Assembly: GCA_964348015.1 (NCBI GenBank)
Contig: CAYGBC010000045.1
Coordinates: forward strand, 1,784 to 65,783
Source of the DNA: an uncultured Eubacteriales bacterium
Lineage (GTDB): Bacteria > Acidobacteriota > Aminicenantia > Aminicenantales > Aminicenantaceae
Reading direction: 5' to 3'
Length of the DNA: 64,000 nucleotides
In this document: piece after piece, positions 17,217 to 27,678 of the stretch
How the letters are laid out: every line of letters starts with the position of its first letter
Numbering within the stretch: the stretch's first letter is position 1
Made by a program: the position numbers and the translations under genes
The notes under the pieces: model-generated
The model's input: only the letters and a program-made list of their open reading frames with translations
What the model was told of the DNA's origin: nothing
Database searches by the model: none

Positions 17217-18109
17217 ACGGGAACGGACACATCCCTGTTCTATTAGAAGAGGTCCTGGAATACCTGGATATAAAGAGAGAAGGAATTTATATTGATTGCA
17301 CAATCGGATTGGGAGGCCATGCCTACGAAATAGTCAAAAGAAATCCCAAGGCATCACTCGTCGGTTTTGACATAGACGAGAAGTCTCTCCTCAAAGCCAA
17401 AGATAAGCTCCAGCCTTTCGCAGACAGAGTGGAACTCTACCACTCTGATTTCAGGTATCTTCCCGACATTAAAATTGATTTCTCTGAAATCAGGGGTGTT
17501 CTGCTGGACCTCGGAATGTCCTCTTTCCAGCTCGATTCACCGGAGAGAGGATTCAGCTTCAACCGAGAGGGTCCGCTGGACATGAGGATGGACCTCCGGA
17601 ACAAGACCACGGCTCACAAAATCATCAATAAATACTCAGAGCCCAGGCTGAGCCAAATTTTCCACGAGTACGGTGAGTTCAGACAGGCAAGACGGCTCGC
17701 CCGGGAAATCGTCTCGAAAAGAAAGATAAAAAAATTCGAGACGACCACTCAGCTCTGTCAGACCGTGGAAGAAATCTGCCGCTGGAGACCCCAGAAGGGG
17801 AAAATCCATCCGGCTGCGAAAGTCTTCCAGGCCATCCGGATTGAAGTCAACCAGGAACTCGAAAGTCTTTCCGGTTTCCTGGAAAGGATGGCTCACGCGA
17901 TCCCGAAAAAAGCTTACATCACCGCGATCTCTTTCCACTCTCTGGAGGACAGGATCATCAAACACACCTTCGCGAGTCTGGCGGCTCCCGAAGATTCTCA
18001 TCCCTTCCTCAAAATATTAACCAAGAAGCCCGTGCTTCCGTCTGAAGAGGAGGTTGAAGCGAATTCCAGAGCCCGCTCGGCGAAACTCCGGGCCGCTGAA
18101 AGAATATAA
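17213..18109 (+). CDS. rsmH: 16S rRNA (cytosine1402-N4)-methyltransferase
   Basis: Motifs HIPVLLEEVL, DCTIGLGGHA and LLDLGMSSFQLD. ATGA overlap with mraZ. Confidence 0.95.
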   Translation: MNGNGHIPVLLEEVLEYLDIKREGIYIDCTIGLGGHAYEIVKRNPKASLVGFDIDEKSLLKAKDKLQPFADRVELYHSDFRYLPDIKIDFSEIRGVLLDLGMSSFQLDSPERGFSFNREGPLDMRMDLRNKTTAHKIINKYSEPRLSQIFHEYGEFRQARRLAREIVSKRKIKKFETTTQLCQTVEEICRWRPQKGKIHPAAKVFQAIRIEVNQELESLSGFLERMAHAIPKKAYITAISFHSLEDRIIKHTFASLAAPEDSHPFLKILTKKPVLPSEEEVEANSRARSAKLRAAERI

Positions 18110-18406
18110 ATGGTAAGAAAAAAATTCACGCGAAAGGAAATCCTGCTGGTCATATTCGGCACGATCTTCATTATTTCCATCCTGACCTTCTACATCTGGC
18201 ATCAGGTGGAAGCGGTCAGGTTAGGCTATGAAATAAACCGGTTAGAGGAAAAAGTCCAAAATCTGCAAATAGAGGTGGAAGAGCTTGAAGCCGAAAAATC
18301 TTCCCGGCTTTCACTCGAGGAAGTGGAGAGGATCGCTAAGGAACAGCTGAAAATGGTCGAGACCCAAGAGAGCCAGAAAATTTATGAGGAGTTCAGACAG
18401 CAATAA
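18110..18406 (+). CDS. ftsL: Cell division protein FtsL
   Basis: 98 aa with one TM (LLVIFGTIFIISILTFYIW) followed by a coiled coil. Canonical position between rsmH and ftsI. Confidence 0.8.
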   Translation: MVRKKFTRKEILLVIFGTIFIISILTFYIWHQVEAVRLGYEINRLEEKVQNLQIEVEELEAEKSSRLSLEEVERIAKEQLKMVETQESQKIYEEFRQQ

Positions 18407-18419
18407 AAAAAGGGCCGGA

Positions 18420-20171
18420 ATGAGCATCCTGAACCAGAGAAAAGCGCACCGAAGGATAAGCATGATGGCCATGCTCTTTATGCTCTGGCTGATCTTTCTC
18501 ATCATCCGCCTTCTCCAGCTTCAGGTCATCGAACACCCCAGTCTCAAAACACAGGTCACTCAGCATAACCAAAACAAAAAAGACATCATTCCCAAAAGAG
18601 GCACAGTCTATGACCGCACAGGCATCATTCTCGCCCGGAGCCTCCCGTTTCGCTCCGTCTTTTACATTCCCAACGAAGACGAGTCACTGGAGAAACAATC
18701 CGAAAAAATAAAGAAGTTGAAGGCCGTCCTGAATCTCGCCGAGGCTGAATACCGAAACATCATCGAGAGAATCGAAAAAAACAACTCATTTATCTGGGTA
18801 AAACGGAAAATCCACCCGGCCAGAGAAGAAAAAGTGAGAAAACTCAGGTTGAGCGGAGTTCACTACCTGGAGGAGAACACACGGTTCTATCCTCATGGAA
18901 AGCGAGCCGCCCAACTGCTGGGGAGAGTCGATATCGATGAAGTCGGTGCCAGTGGGATCGAGTACAGCTGCAACTCCGTATTGGCAGGAATAAAGGGAGA
19001 ACATCTGATACTGAAAGACGCAAAAAAACGAGAATACGAGTTCGAGATCCTGAAAGAACCCGAGGATGGAAAGGATCTGGTCTTAACCGTAGATGAAACC
19101 ATCCAGTTTTATGCAGAGAAAGCACTGGAAAAAGCGGTGCGAAAAACAGGCGCCAAATGGGGCACTGTCATCATCGCTCATCCCTCTTCGGGGGAGATCC
19201 TGGCGATGGCGAATTTCCCCACATACGACTTAAACAACCTCCCACAGAATCCGACGGTGGTGGACAGGAATAACGCCATCCACCACAACTTCGAGCCAGG
19301 TTCCACTTTTAAAGTCGTCACCGCGTCCGCAGCTCTGGAGACAAATATCGTGAGTCTGGCCGACTCCTTTGACTGCAGCCGGGGTTACGTATCCGTGGCC
19401 GGCAAGACGATCCGAGATCATCAACGCTATGGAATCCTTTCCTTTCCCGAAGTCATCATTTATTCTTCCAACGTCGGAACAGTCCAATTCAGCCGCGACC
19501 TGGACAGAAATTCTTTTTACCAGATCATCAGAAACTTTGGATTCGGTAAAAAAACCGGGATCAACCTCCCCGCTGAAGAAAAAGGGATATTCCGCAAGGT
19601 GAAAGACTGGAGCCGAATATCCTCCGCATCGCTCTCGATCGGCTATGAAATCTCTGTGACAGCTCTCCAGATGCTCCAGGCTGTAAACATAATCGCCAAC
19701 GAAGGGATTCTCATCCCTCCAAGAATCATAAGAAGAGTCCTCAACACTTCTGATCGAATCAAACAAAGTCCTCTTCCCGGAATGAGGATCATATCCAGAG
19801 AAACTGCTTCGGAATTGACCGCCATCCTTCAGAGAGTCGTTCAAGGCGGCACAGGAAGCCCCGCTCGAATCAAAGGATATCCGATTGCGGGGAAGACAGG
19901 AACAGCCCAGAAATTCGACCCCTCCACAGGAATCTATTCTTCTGAAGCTCATATCGCATCCTTTGCCGGCTTTGTTCCTGTGGATAATCCCGCCTTCTCG
20001 ATGATCGTGGTCATCGATGAACCCGCGGGGCCGTACTATGGCGGAGAAGTCGCGGGTCCTGTTTTCAGAGAAATCGCCAGGCAGGTCCTTCAATATCTGA
20101 AAGTTCCCAGCCGGAGAACTCCTCCAAATAAAATAATCGTGGACAACCGCTGGAGGCTGAGCAACAGATGA
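18420..20171 (+). CDS. ftsI: Class B penicillin-binding protein / peptidoglycan D,D-transpeptidase FtsI
   Basis: SxxK (GSTFKV), SxN (YSSNVG) and KTG (GKTGTAQ) motifs, plus an N-terminal TM. The start could instead be 18384, which overlaps ftsL. Confidence 0.9.
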   Translation: MSILNQRKAHRRISMMAMLFMLWLIFLIIRLLQLQVIEHPSLKTQVTQHNQNKKDIIPKRGTVYDRTGIILARSLPFRSVFYIPNEDESLEKQSEKIKKLKAVLNLAEAEYRNIIERIEKNNSFIWVKRKIHPAREEKVRKLRLSGVHYLEENTRFYPHGKRAAQLLGRVDIDEVGASGIEYSCNSVLAGIKGEHLILKDAKKREYEFEILKEPEDGKDLVLTVDETIQFYAEKALEKAVRKTGAKWGTVIIAHPSSGEILAMANFPTYDLNNLPQNPTVVDRNNAIHHNFEPGSTFKVVTASAALETNIVSLADSFDCSRGYVSVAGKTIRDHQRYGILSFPEVIIYSSNVGTVQFSRDLDRNSFYQIIRNFGFGKKTGINLPAEEKGIFRKVKDWSRISSASLSIGYEISVTALQMLQAVNIIANEGILIPPRIIRRVLNTSDRIKQSPLPGMRIISRETASELTAILQRVVQGGTGSPARIKGYPIAGKTGTAQKFDPSTGIYSSEAHIASFAGFVPVDNPAFSMIVVIDEPAGPYYGGEVAGPVFREIARQVLQYLKVPSRRTPPNKIIVDNRWRLSNR

Positions 20172-21634
20172 AACTCCAAGACGTGCTTGCCGGAGTGCCG
20201 CTGAAGAGCTTTCACGGAGATAGGAGGGAAGACATCCAGGGCATCGCGTACTCTTCAAAGAATGTCCAGTCTGGATTCCTGTTTGCGGCTCTGAAAGGTG
20301 TTAAGAAGAATGGGTTTGAGTATGTTGAAGAAGCTCTTCAGAACGGTGCCGCGGCCGTCCTGTCAGACCAGGCCAAACCGGGAAATTTCCCCAAAACCTG
20401 GATCCAGGTCTCTGATACGCGGGAAGCACTGGCTCTGTGTTCAGCCAGTTTCTACGCTCATCCGTCTCAAAAAATGAAAGTGATCGGCATCACCGGGACG
20501 AAAGGAAAGACCACGATCACGTACATCCTGGAAGAAATACTGAATAAATCCAGCTTCACGCCCGGAGTCATCGGAACCATATCCTACCGGGGACCGGAGA
20601 TGAACGTCTCCGCGGCACTGACGACTCCTGAGGCGCCCGATATACAGAGGATACTGGGAGAAATGGTTGCTCACGGAGTCACTCACTGTTTCATGGAAGT
20701 CTCCTCTCACGCTTTAGACCTTAAAAGGGTTATCGGCATCGAGTTTGACGTGGTTGTGTTCGTGAACTTGAGCGGTGACCATCTGGATTACCACCAAACT
20801 ATGGAAAAATACTTTGAGGCCAAAAAAAGCCTTTTCTTTCTCAATCCGAAAAAAAGAACAGCTGTGGTCAACGGGGATGATCCCTGGGGAAAGAAATTGA
20901 TACTGCAGCTCTCCGAAGGAACAATAACTTACGGTCTCGAACCAGGAGCCACGGTCAGAGGAGAAAACTTCGTGCTCAGCGAGAAGGGCATCAAGGTCAC
21001 AATCATGTATCCTGAAGGCCAACTTTCCGTCTCCTCTCCCCTTCTGGGAAAGCCTAACCTCTACAACATCCTGGCGTCTGTGGCCGTCGCCCTGACTCTG
21101 GACCTTCCGCTATCCTCCATCCAAGAAGGTATTGCCTCGCTCAAGGGAGTCCCGGGGAGGTTTGAAAAAATCGAAAATGCCCTGGGTCTTCATGTATTCG
21201 TCGATTACGCTCATACCGATGATGCCATGAAGAATCTACTCGAAACCGTCCGTGAGCTCAATCCCAAACGCATCATTCTGGTCTTCGGAGCGGGAGGAGA
21301 CCGGGATAAAACCAAAAGACCGAGGATGGGAGAAGCCGCGGGGACTCTTTCGGACTGGGCCATCATCACTTCGGATAATCCCCGCTCAGAAGACCCTTTG
21401 GCCATAATATCGGATATAGAGAAAGGCATCAAAAAAACCGGAACACAGAACTACGAGATCATCCCGGACAGGAGAGCCGCCATCGAACAAGCCCTCTCTC
21501 TCGGAGAAAAGGGAGATTATATTCTTGTGGCCGGGAAGGGGCACGAAGACTATCAAATTCTCGGGGATACGACTATTCACTTCGATGATGCGGAAGTCAT
21601 CAGGGAAATCCTCGAAGCCAGGGGAGGAATCTGA
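20168..21634 (+). CDS. murE: UDP-MurNAc-L-Ala-D-Glu:meso-diaminopimelate ligase
   Basis: GITGTKGKTT P-loop. The DNPR motif (SDNPRSEDP) is the one associated with meso-DAP specificity. Confidence 0.95.
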   Translation: MKLQDVLAGVPLKSFHGDRREDIQGIAYSSKNVQSGFLFAALKGVKKNGFEYVEEALQNGAAAVLSDQAKPGNFPKTWIQVSDTREALALCSASFYAHPSQKMKVIGITGTKGKTTITYILEEILNKSSFTPGVIGTISYRGPEMNVSAALTTPEAPDIQRILGEMVAHGVTHCFMEVSSHALDLKRVIGIEFDVVVFVNLSGDHLDYHQTMEKYFEAKKSLFFLNPKKRTAVVNGDDPWGKKLILQLSEGTITYGLEPGATVRGENFVLSEKGIKVTIMYPEGQLSVSSPLLGKPNLYNILASVAVALTLDLPLSSIQEGIASLKGVPGRFEKIENALGLHVFVDYAHTDDAMKNLLETVRELNPKRIILVFGAGGDRDKTKRPRMGEAAGTLSDWAIITSDNPRSEDPLAIISDIEKGIKKTGTQNYEIIPDRRAAIEQALSLGEKGDYILVAGKGHEDYQILGDTTIHFDDAEVIREILEARGGI

Positions 21635-21636
21635 AA

Positions 21637-23013
21637 TTGGTGAGCCTCCGACTGAATGATATCGCTGAAAAGATTGATGGGACCATCCTTCAGGGTGTGG
21701 GGTCTCTCTCTTTTCAGAGATTCAACATTGATTCCCGGCTGACAGAGCCGGGAGAACTTTTTTTTGCTTTAACCGCAGAACGAAACGGCCATGACTTTGT
21801 CCCGTCCGCCGTTAAGAGGGGAGCTTCAGGTGCTGTTATTTCTAAAGAAGTCGCTCTCGCCGATACAGACGTTGCTTTGATCCAGGTCAAAGACACTCTC
21901 AAGGCTCTTCAGGAACTCGCCCGAAAAGTCCTTCAAGAGTTTTCTGTCACAGTTATCGGCATCACAGGAAGTATCGGAAAGACCACTACCAAAGAGTATA
22001 CCTCCTGCCTTCTCTCACAAAACTTCAAGGTTCTCAAATCCGAGGGAAATTTTAACAACCACCTTGGAGTTCCCCTCTCCCTCCTTAAACTGGAAGACGA
22101 CCATGACGTCGCCATCCTCGAAATGGCCATGAGCAGCCCGGGGGAAATCCGAACCCTAACGCGAATAGCACCTCCGGACATCTCCGTTATCACCAATATC
22201 AATCCTGTCCATCTCCAGTTTTTCAAAGACCTGGACGAGATCGCGCTGGCCAAAAAGGAAATACTCGACGGGACCAAAAAGGAGGGAACCGCCGTTCTCA
22301 ACGGAGACGATATTTTAGTCAAGAAAATCTCGAAAGACTGGAAAGGAAAAACGCTGCTCTTCGGACTTTCGGAAGGGTGTGATGTGCGCGCTCACAGTGT
22401 TCAAAGGAACGGATGGGAAGGAATCGTGTTCAAGCTCGTCTACGGAAAACTGCAGGACGAAGTTTGCCTTCCTTTTTTTCATGAGAGCGCCCTGTACAAT
22501 TTCCTTGCGTCGGCGGCTGTGGGATATGCTTTATCCGTTCCCCTCGATTCGCTGCTGACAGGAGCGAAGGCGCTCAAACCGCTTTCGATGAGAGGCGTCC
22601 ATCTCCGCCTGCCCAAAAACATACATCTTATCGACGATTCCTACAATTCGAACCCGGCCGCTCTGGAGTCAGCTTTAAAAGGGCTGGCAGAACTTCCGGC
22701 CAAAAGAAAAATCGCTGTCTTGGGGGACATGCTGGAACTCGGAAAGACGGAGGCAGAGTTCCACATCGAAGCGGGAAAACAGGCCGCTGAACAGGGCTGG
22801 AATATCCTGGTGGCGGTGGGGCCTCTCAGCCAAAACATGGCGGAAGGCGCCCTGTCCGCGGGGATGAACCCTCATCAGGTTGTCCACTTCAAGGATTCTG
22901 AAGCCGCGGCCGAGGAAATCTGGTCTCTTATCCAGGAAGGCGACCTCGTTCTGGTCAAAGGATCAAGAGGAATGAAGATGGAAAAGGTCGTTGAAAGACT
23001 GAAAGAGGAATAA
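21637..23013 (+). CDS. murF: UDP-MurNAc-tripeptide:D-Ala-D-Ala ligase
   Basis: GITGSIGKTTTKE and Mur ligase C-terminal domain. TTG start. Confidence 0.93.
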   Translation: MVSLRLNDIAEKIDGTILQGVGSLSFQRFNIDSRLTEPGELFFALTAERNGHDFVPSAVKRGASGAVISKEVALADTDVALIQVKDTLKALQELARKVLQEFSVTVIGITGSIGKTTTKEYTSCLLSQNFKVLKSEGNFNNHLGVPLSLLKLEDDHDVAILEMAMSSPGEIRTLTRIAPPDISVITNINPVHLQFFKDLDEIALAKKEILDGTKKEGTAVLNGDDILVKKISKDWKGKTLLFGLSEGCDVRAHSVQRNGWEGIVFKLVYGKLQDEVCLPFFHESALYNFLASAAVGYALSVPLDSLLTGAKALKPLSMRGVHLRLPKNIHLIDDSYNSNPAALESALKGLAELPAKRKIAVLGDMLELGKTEAEFHIEAGKQAAEQGWNILVAVGPLSQNMAEGALSAGMNPHQVVHFKDSEAAAEEIWSLIQEGDLVLVKGSRGMKMEKVVERLKEE

Positions 23014-23014
23014 C

Positions 23015-24103
23015 ATGCTGTATGCACTTCTGGTTCCGCTGAAAAAATACTTTTTCTTCTTCAACGTGTTCAGCTACTACACGGTCAGGACTGCGCTCGC
23101 GGGAAGCACAGCCTTCCTCCTGTGTCTGATCCTGGGCCCCTGGCTGATCAGGATGCTGAAAAAATACCAGCTCGGCGAAGAGATCTACGAAAATGGGCCG
23201 AAATCTCACCTCGAGAAAAAAGGAACTCCCTCGATGGGAGGGATCCTGATCATCGGAGCCACCATAATCTCCTCGCTTCTCTGGGGAAACCTGTGGAATT
23301 CTTATGTTCGCCTCGCAATGGCCACCATGGTCCTTTTCGGCATTCTTGGGTTCTGGGATGATTTTCTGAAAATCATAAAGAAAAAACCCAGGGGATTGAT
23401 CATCCGTCACAAATTGTCTTCCCAGATCATCCTCGCCGCAATCATCGGCCTGTATCTTATTTTTCTCGGTTTGACCGGGGACTTCAGCCTCCAGCTGCAG
23501 TTTCCGTTTTTCAAGAAATGGGTGCCGTACCTCGGATGGTTCTATCTTCCCTGGATCATGCTCATTCTTGTGGGATCCTCAAACTCTGTCAATTTTGCCG
23601 ACGGGCTTGATGGAATGGCCATCGGCCTTTCTTTTATCAGCGCTGGAGCCTTTACAGCCCTGTGCTATGTCATCGGCCGTGTCGACTTATCAGAATATTT
23701 GAACATCACCTATGTCCCTCAGGCTGCAGAGCTCACGGTGTTTGTCGGAGCCATGGCCGGAGCCTGTCTGGGTTTTCTCTGGTACAACAGCCATCCTGCC
23801 CAGATCTTCATGGGCGATGTGGGCGCTCTCTCTTTGGGAGCCACTATCGGCGTTATATCCATACTGATCAAGCAAGAATTTCTTCTCTTCATGGTGGCTG
23901 GTGTGTTCATCCTGGAAGCGCTCTCCGTACTGATGCAAATTCTGTATTTCCGGATAACGGGGGGCAAACGAATCTTCAAAATGGCTCCACTCCACCATCA
24001 CTTCGAACTCATCGGATGGTCTGAGGAGAAGATCGTCATACGGTTCTGGATCGCGGGTATCGTCTTTGCCCTGTTGAGCCTGACCACTCTGAAATTGAGG
24101 TGA
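23015..24103 (+). CDS. mraY: Phospho-MurNAc-pentapeptide translocase
   Basis: Motifs KKGTPSMGGIL, NSVNFADGLDGMA, MGDVGALSLG and APLHHHFE. Confidence 0.96.
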   Translation: MLYALLVPLKKYFFFFNVFSYYTVRTALAGSTAFLLCLILGPWLIRMLKKYQLGEEIYENGPKSHLEKKGTPSMGGILIIGATIISSLLWGNLWNSYVRLAMATMVLFGILGFWDDFLKIIKKKPRGLIIRHKLSSQIILAAIIGLYLIFLGLTGDFSLQLQFPFFKKWVPYLGWFYLPWIMLILVGSSNSVNFADGLDGMAIGLSFISAGAFTALCYVIGRVDLSEYLNITYVPQAAELTVFVGAMAGACLGFLWYNSHPAQIFMGDVGALSLGATIGVISILIKQEFLLFMVAGVFILEALSVLMQILYFRITGGKRIFKMAPLHHHFELIGWSEEKIVIRFWIAGIVFALLSLTTLKLR

Positions 24104-24104
24104 T

Positions 24105-25469
24105 ATGAATCTGGAGAATAAAAAAGTGCTCGTAGTAGGCCTCGGAAGAACAGGGGAAGCCCTCTGTGATTTCCTCCTTCAGCACGGAGCACGTGTGAAG
24201 GTCAGTGAGAAAAAAACAAGAGAGGAACTCGGCCCAGAAATCACTGACTGGGAGAACAAAGGGATAGTGATAGAAACCGGCAAGCACATTGAATCCTCGT
24301 TTATCGAGTCGGATCTGATCGTTCCCAGCCCGGGAGTCCCCTGGATTCCGGAGCTCGATGCGGCAATGAAAAAGGGAATCCGAATCCTTTCGGAAATCGA
24401 ACTGGCCTCTCTCTTCCTCAAAGGAAAGATAATAGGCATCACCGGAACCAACGGAAAGTCCACTACGGCCACTCTGACACACCAAATTTTGAAAAAAGGC
24501 GGCCATCAAGCATTCCTCGCGGGGAACATCGGAAATCCTTTGATTAACTTTGTGGAAAACAGCCTGGACCACCACATCTATGTCACCGAAGTCTCGAGCT
24601 TCCAGTTGAAGCACATCGAACAGTTCAGGGCTGCGGTTTCGGTTTTCCTCAATGTATCTCCTGACCATCTCGACTGGCACCCCTCCTTCGATGACTATTT
24701 TGAATCAAAAAAGAAACTCCTCTCCACTCAGGAAGAAAACGACATCACTGTCCTGAATAAAGATGATCCGTTCATCTGGAAGCTCAAAGAAAAAATAAAT
24801 ACCAGGATTTACGCCTTCAGCCGGAAAACAGAGGTGGAGAGAGGGTGTTTCCTTCGAGAAGACTGGTTAATTCTCAAGGACTCCAAAGAGGAAAAACTGA
24901 TGAGAGCTTCCGAGATCTCTCTCTTCGGAATCCATAATCTGGAGAACGTCATGGCCAGTGCTCTCGTGGGGTATGTCCTGGACATCCCTGTTTCCAGGAT
25001 TCGAGAATCCGTCGTCAGTTTCCAGGGTCTCGAGCACCGGCTGGAAAAAGTCACAACTCTCAAGGGAATAGAATTTTACAACGATTCCAAGGCCACGAAT
25101 GTGGATGCTTCGCTCAAATCCATCCAGAGCTTTGAGCAAAAAATCATCCTCATACTCGGCGGAAGGGATAAAGGAGGTGATTTCCAGAAACTCAAAGATC
25201 CGGTGGCGAAAAAAGTCAAAAAGGTCATTCTTATCGGCGAAGCCAGTGAAAGGATCAGAGAAGCACTCGAGGGAAGCGTGCCGATGCAAAAGGTCCCCTC
25301 GTATAAAGAGGCGGTGAGAGTCGGGTATTCCGAGGCAGCCGCCGGTGAAGTGGTCCTCCTTGCGCCGGCATGCACGAGCTTCGACATGTTTCAAAATTTC
25401 GAGGAAAGGGGCAAAACTTTCAAGGAAGAAATCTTTTCTTTAGAAAGGGATCTACAGAAAGAGAAGTGA
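24105..25469 (+). CDS. murD: UDP-MurNAc-L-alanine:D-glutamate ligase
   Basis: Rossmann-like N-terminus VLVVGLGRTG and P-loop GITGTNGKSTT. Confidence 0.95.
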   Translation: MNLENKKVLVVGLGRTGEALCDFLLQHGARVKVSEKKTREELGPEITDWENKGIVIETGKHIESSFIESDLIVPSPGVPWIPELDAAMKKGIRILSEIELASLFLKGKIIGITGTNGKSTTATLTHQILKKGGHQAFLAGNIGNPLINFVENSLDHHIYVTEVSSFQLKHIEQFRAAVSVFLNVSPDHLDWHPSFDDYFESKKKLLSTQEENDITVLNKDDPFIWKLKEKINTRIYAFSRKTEVERGCFLREDWLILKDSKEEKLMRASEISLFGIHNLENVMASALVGYVLDIPVSRIRESVVSFQGLEHRLEKVTTLKGIEFYNDSKATNVDASLKSIQSFEQKIILILGGRDKGGDFQKLKDPVAKKVKKVILIGEASERIREALEGSVPMQKVPSYKEAVRVGYSEAAAGEVVLLAPACTSFDMFQNFEERGKTFKEEIFSLERDLQKEK

Positions 25470-25474
25470 AACGA

Positions 25475-26587
25475 ATGGAAATCTTCAGGTCGTACGGATT
25501 CGATAAGACACTCTTCATCACTATGCTCATCCTTGTGGCTTTAGGTTTGATCATGGTTTACAGTTCATCAGCCATTCTCGCCGCAGAAAGATACCAGAAC
25601 ACATTCCATTTCTTCATAAACCAGAGCATCGTGGCCGGGATTGGATTAATCCTGATCTTCCTGATGTTTCCTATACGAAAACCGTTCTACCAGAATTCTT
25701 ATTTTGTCTACGGCCTCCTGTTTCTTTCTCTTCTCCTCCTGGTGCTGTGTCTGCTCATGCCGGCAGTGGCAAGGACAAACCGCTGGATTCAATTCTTCGG
25801 ACTCCGGTTTCAGTCCTCGGAACTGGCCAAACTCAGCCTCATCCTCTTTTTCGCCCACTATTTTGACAGAAAAAAAGAGAGAATGAACGAGTTTCAAACC
25901 CTCATCTTTCCGCTGATCATTCTCAGTCTGTTTATCCTGCTGATTATCAAGGAACCGGATTACGGCACTGCGATTCTGGTCTTTCTGATCTGCTTGATCA
26001 TGCTCTTCATCGGAGGAGTGAAGCTCAAATACTTCCTGTTCCTGGGACTGCCCCCGCTGTGTCTTTTCGCGTTTTACCTGTTCAAGGCATCATACAGAAT
26101 AGATAGGATTCTCGCCTTTTTATCGCCCGCAAAGGACCCGCAGGGAACCGGCTTCCAGATCATTCAGTCTAAACTGGCGATCGGCACGGGGGGTCTCTTC
26201 GGAGTCAGCTTTGGAGGAAGCTCGCAAAAGCTGTTCTTTCTTCCCTGCTCTCATACCGATTACATATATGCTATAGTGGGAGAAGAGCTGGGTTTGATCG
26301 GGACACTGGCTATCCTTTTCCTTTTTCTTGTTTTTCTCTGGAGAGGGCTGGTGATATCCAAAAGTGCTCCGAATTTCTTCAGCCAAATTCTCGCTGCAGG
26401 GCTCACACTGGCTATCTTTTCCCAGGCCCTGCTGAACATCAGCATCGTACTGGGTCTGGGCCCTCCGACCGGCATACCTCTGCCTTTTATCAGCTACGGA
26501 CGGTCCTCTCTTCTCTGCACGCTATTCGGAGTGGGGATTCTTCTCAACATATCTCAGAGAAAGAAAAACCTCCCCAAAAGGAAATGA
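25475..26587 (+). CDS. ftsW: SEDS peptidoglycan glycosyltransferase FtsW
   Basis: Motifs PDYGTAILVF, SKLAIGTGGLFG and HTDYIYAIVGEELG. Start moved to MEIFRSYG, just after the murD stop. Confidence 0.93.
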   Translation: MEIFRSYGFDKTLFITMLILVALGLIMVYSSSAILAAERYQNTFHFFINQSIVAGIGLILIFLMFPIRKPFYQNSYFVYGLLFLSLLLLVLCLLMPAVARTNRWIQFFGLRFQSSELAKLSLILFFAHYFDRKKERMNEFQTLIFPLIILSLFILLIIKEPDYGTAILVFLICLIMLFIGGVKLKYFLFLGLPPLCLFAFYLFKASYRIDRILAFLSPAKDPQGTGFQIIQSKLAIGTGGLFGVSFGGSSQKLFFLPCSHTDYIYAIVGEELGLIGTLAILFLFLVFLWRGLVISKSAPNFFSQILAAGLTLAIFSQALLNISIVLGLGPPTGIPLPFISYGRSSLLCTLFGVGILLNISQRKKNLPKRK

Positions 26588-27675
26588 AGGAGAAAAAAAT
26601 TATTATAAGCGGCGGAGGCACGGCAGGGCACATCTACCCCGCTTTAGCTGTCGGGAATAAACTTAAAGAACAGGATGCTTCTCTCCAATTGACCTATGTC
26701 GGAACTCATCGCGAATTGGAAAAGAACATCATGAAACACCAGAAGGTCAGTTTTATTCCTTTAAGGATCGAAGGATTAAAGGGAAAAGGCCTGAGGACGA
26801 TCAAATCCCTATTTCTCCTCCCCTTCTCTTTTCTGAAATCTTTTTCCATACTGCGCCGCATCCGGCCTGACTTGGTGATCGGCATGGGAGGATACAGTTC
26901 CGGACCCATAGTTCTCGTGGCCTCCTGGATGAAAATCCCCACCCTGATCCTCGAACAGAACCTCTACCCCGGGTTCACCAACAGAATGCTTGTTCCCTGG
27001 GTCCGGAAGGCCGTCGTGGCTTTTCAGGGATCCCTTTCCTATTTCAAGGGCAAAGGGATCTTCATCGGAAATCCCGTGAGGGAGGAATTCTACGATCTCC
27101 CCCCCAAAGCCCGGAACGCAAAGCTCGCGATACTCATATTCGGAGGAAGCCAGGGATCTCACTTCCTGAACAAAGGGATCACCGCTTCTCTTCCTCTTCT
27201 CAAGCAGGAGAAAAAGAGCTTGAGGATCTACCATCAAACCGGGGAAAAGGACCTGGAATGGGTCAAGGAGCACTACGCCCAGAACGGATTTACAGAAGTG
27301 ACCGTGGCCCCTTATTTTCTCGATATGGCCAGCTATTTTCAAAAATCTGATCTCATCATCAGCCGTGCGGGAGCCACCACCATCGCAGAGTTCATCGCTT
27401 CCCAAAAAGCGTCCATTCTGATCCCTTTCTCTCACGCCGCGGACAACCATCAGGTTCTCAACGCCAGAGAACTGGAAAAAATAAACGGAGCAGAGATCCT
27501 CCAGGAAGAGGAGTTCACTCCCGAACGCCTCGTGGAGAAGATTTTTGATCTTCTGCACAACAGGGAAAAGATCGCCCGGATGGAAAAAAATATCGCCCGG
27601 ATCAAAAATGAAAAGGTCGCTGAAAAAATTTCCAATCTCTGTTTTGAGCTCCTGGAAGCGGGACGAAAGGAATAA
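26584..27675 (+). CDS. murG: UDP-GlcNAc:lipid I GlcNAc transferase
   Basis: Motifs GGGTAGHIYPALAV, FGGSQGS and RAGATTIAE. Confidence 0.95.
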   Translation: MKEKKIIISGGGTAGHIYPALAVGNKLKEQDASLQLTYVGTHRELEKNIMKHQKVSFIPLRIEGLKGKGLRTIKSLFLLPFSFLKSFSILRRIRPDLVIGMGGYSSGPIVLVASWMKIPTLILEQNLYPGFTNRMLVPWVRKAVVAFQGSLSYFKGKGIFIGNPVREEFYDLPPKARNAKLAILIFGGSQGSHFLNKGITASLPLLKQEKKSLRIYHQTGEKDLEWVKEHYAQNGFTEVTVAPYFLDMASYFQKSDLIISRAGATTIAEFIASQKASILIPFSHAADNHQVLNARELEKINGAEILQEEEFTPERLVEKIFDLLHNREKIARMEKNIARIKNEKVAEKISNLCFELLEAGRKE

Positions 27676-27678
27676 ACA

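Noticed and set aside
19230-20258. Large antisense ORFs inside dcw and other well-supported genes (19230..20258-, 26809..27717-, 31561..32517-, 24036..24680-, 28459..29199-, 32984..33634-, 10489..11382-, 53301..54068-)
   Set aside because: Each is fully embedded opposite a gene with unambiguous family motifs (ftsI, murG, ftsZ, murD, murC, hutI, the M23 peptidase, the PAS kinase). Their translations are low-complexity, Arg/Gly/Asp-rich, and typical of antisense frames.
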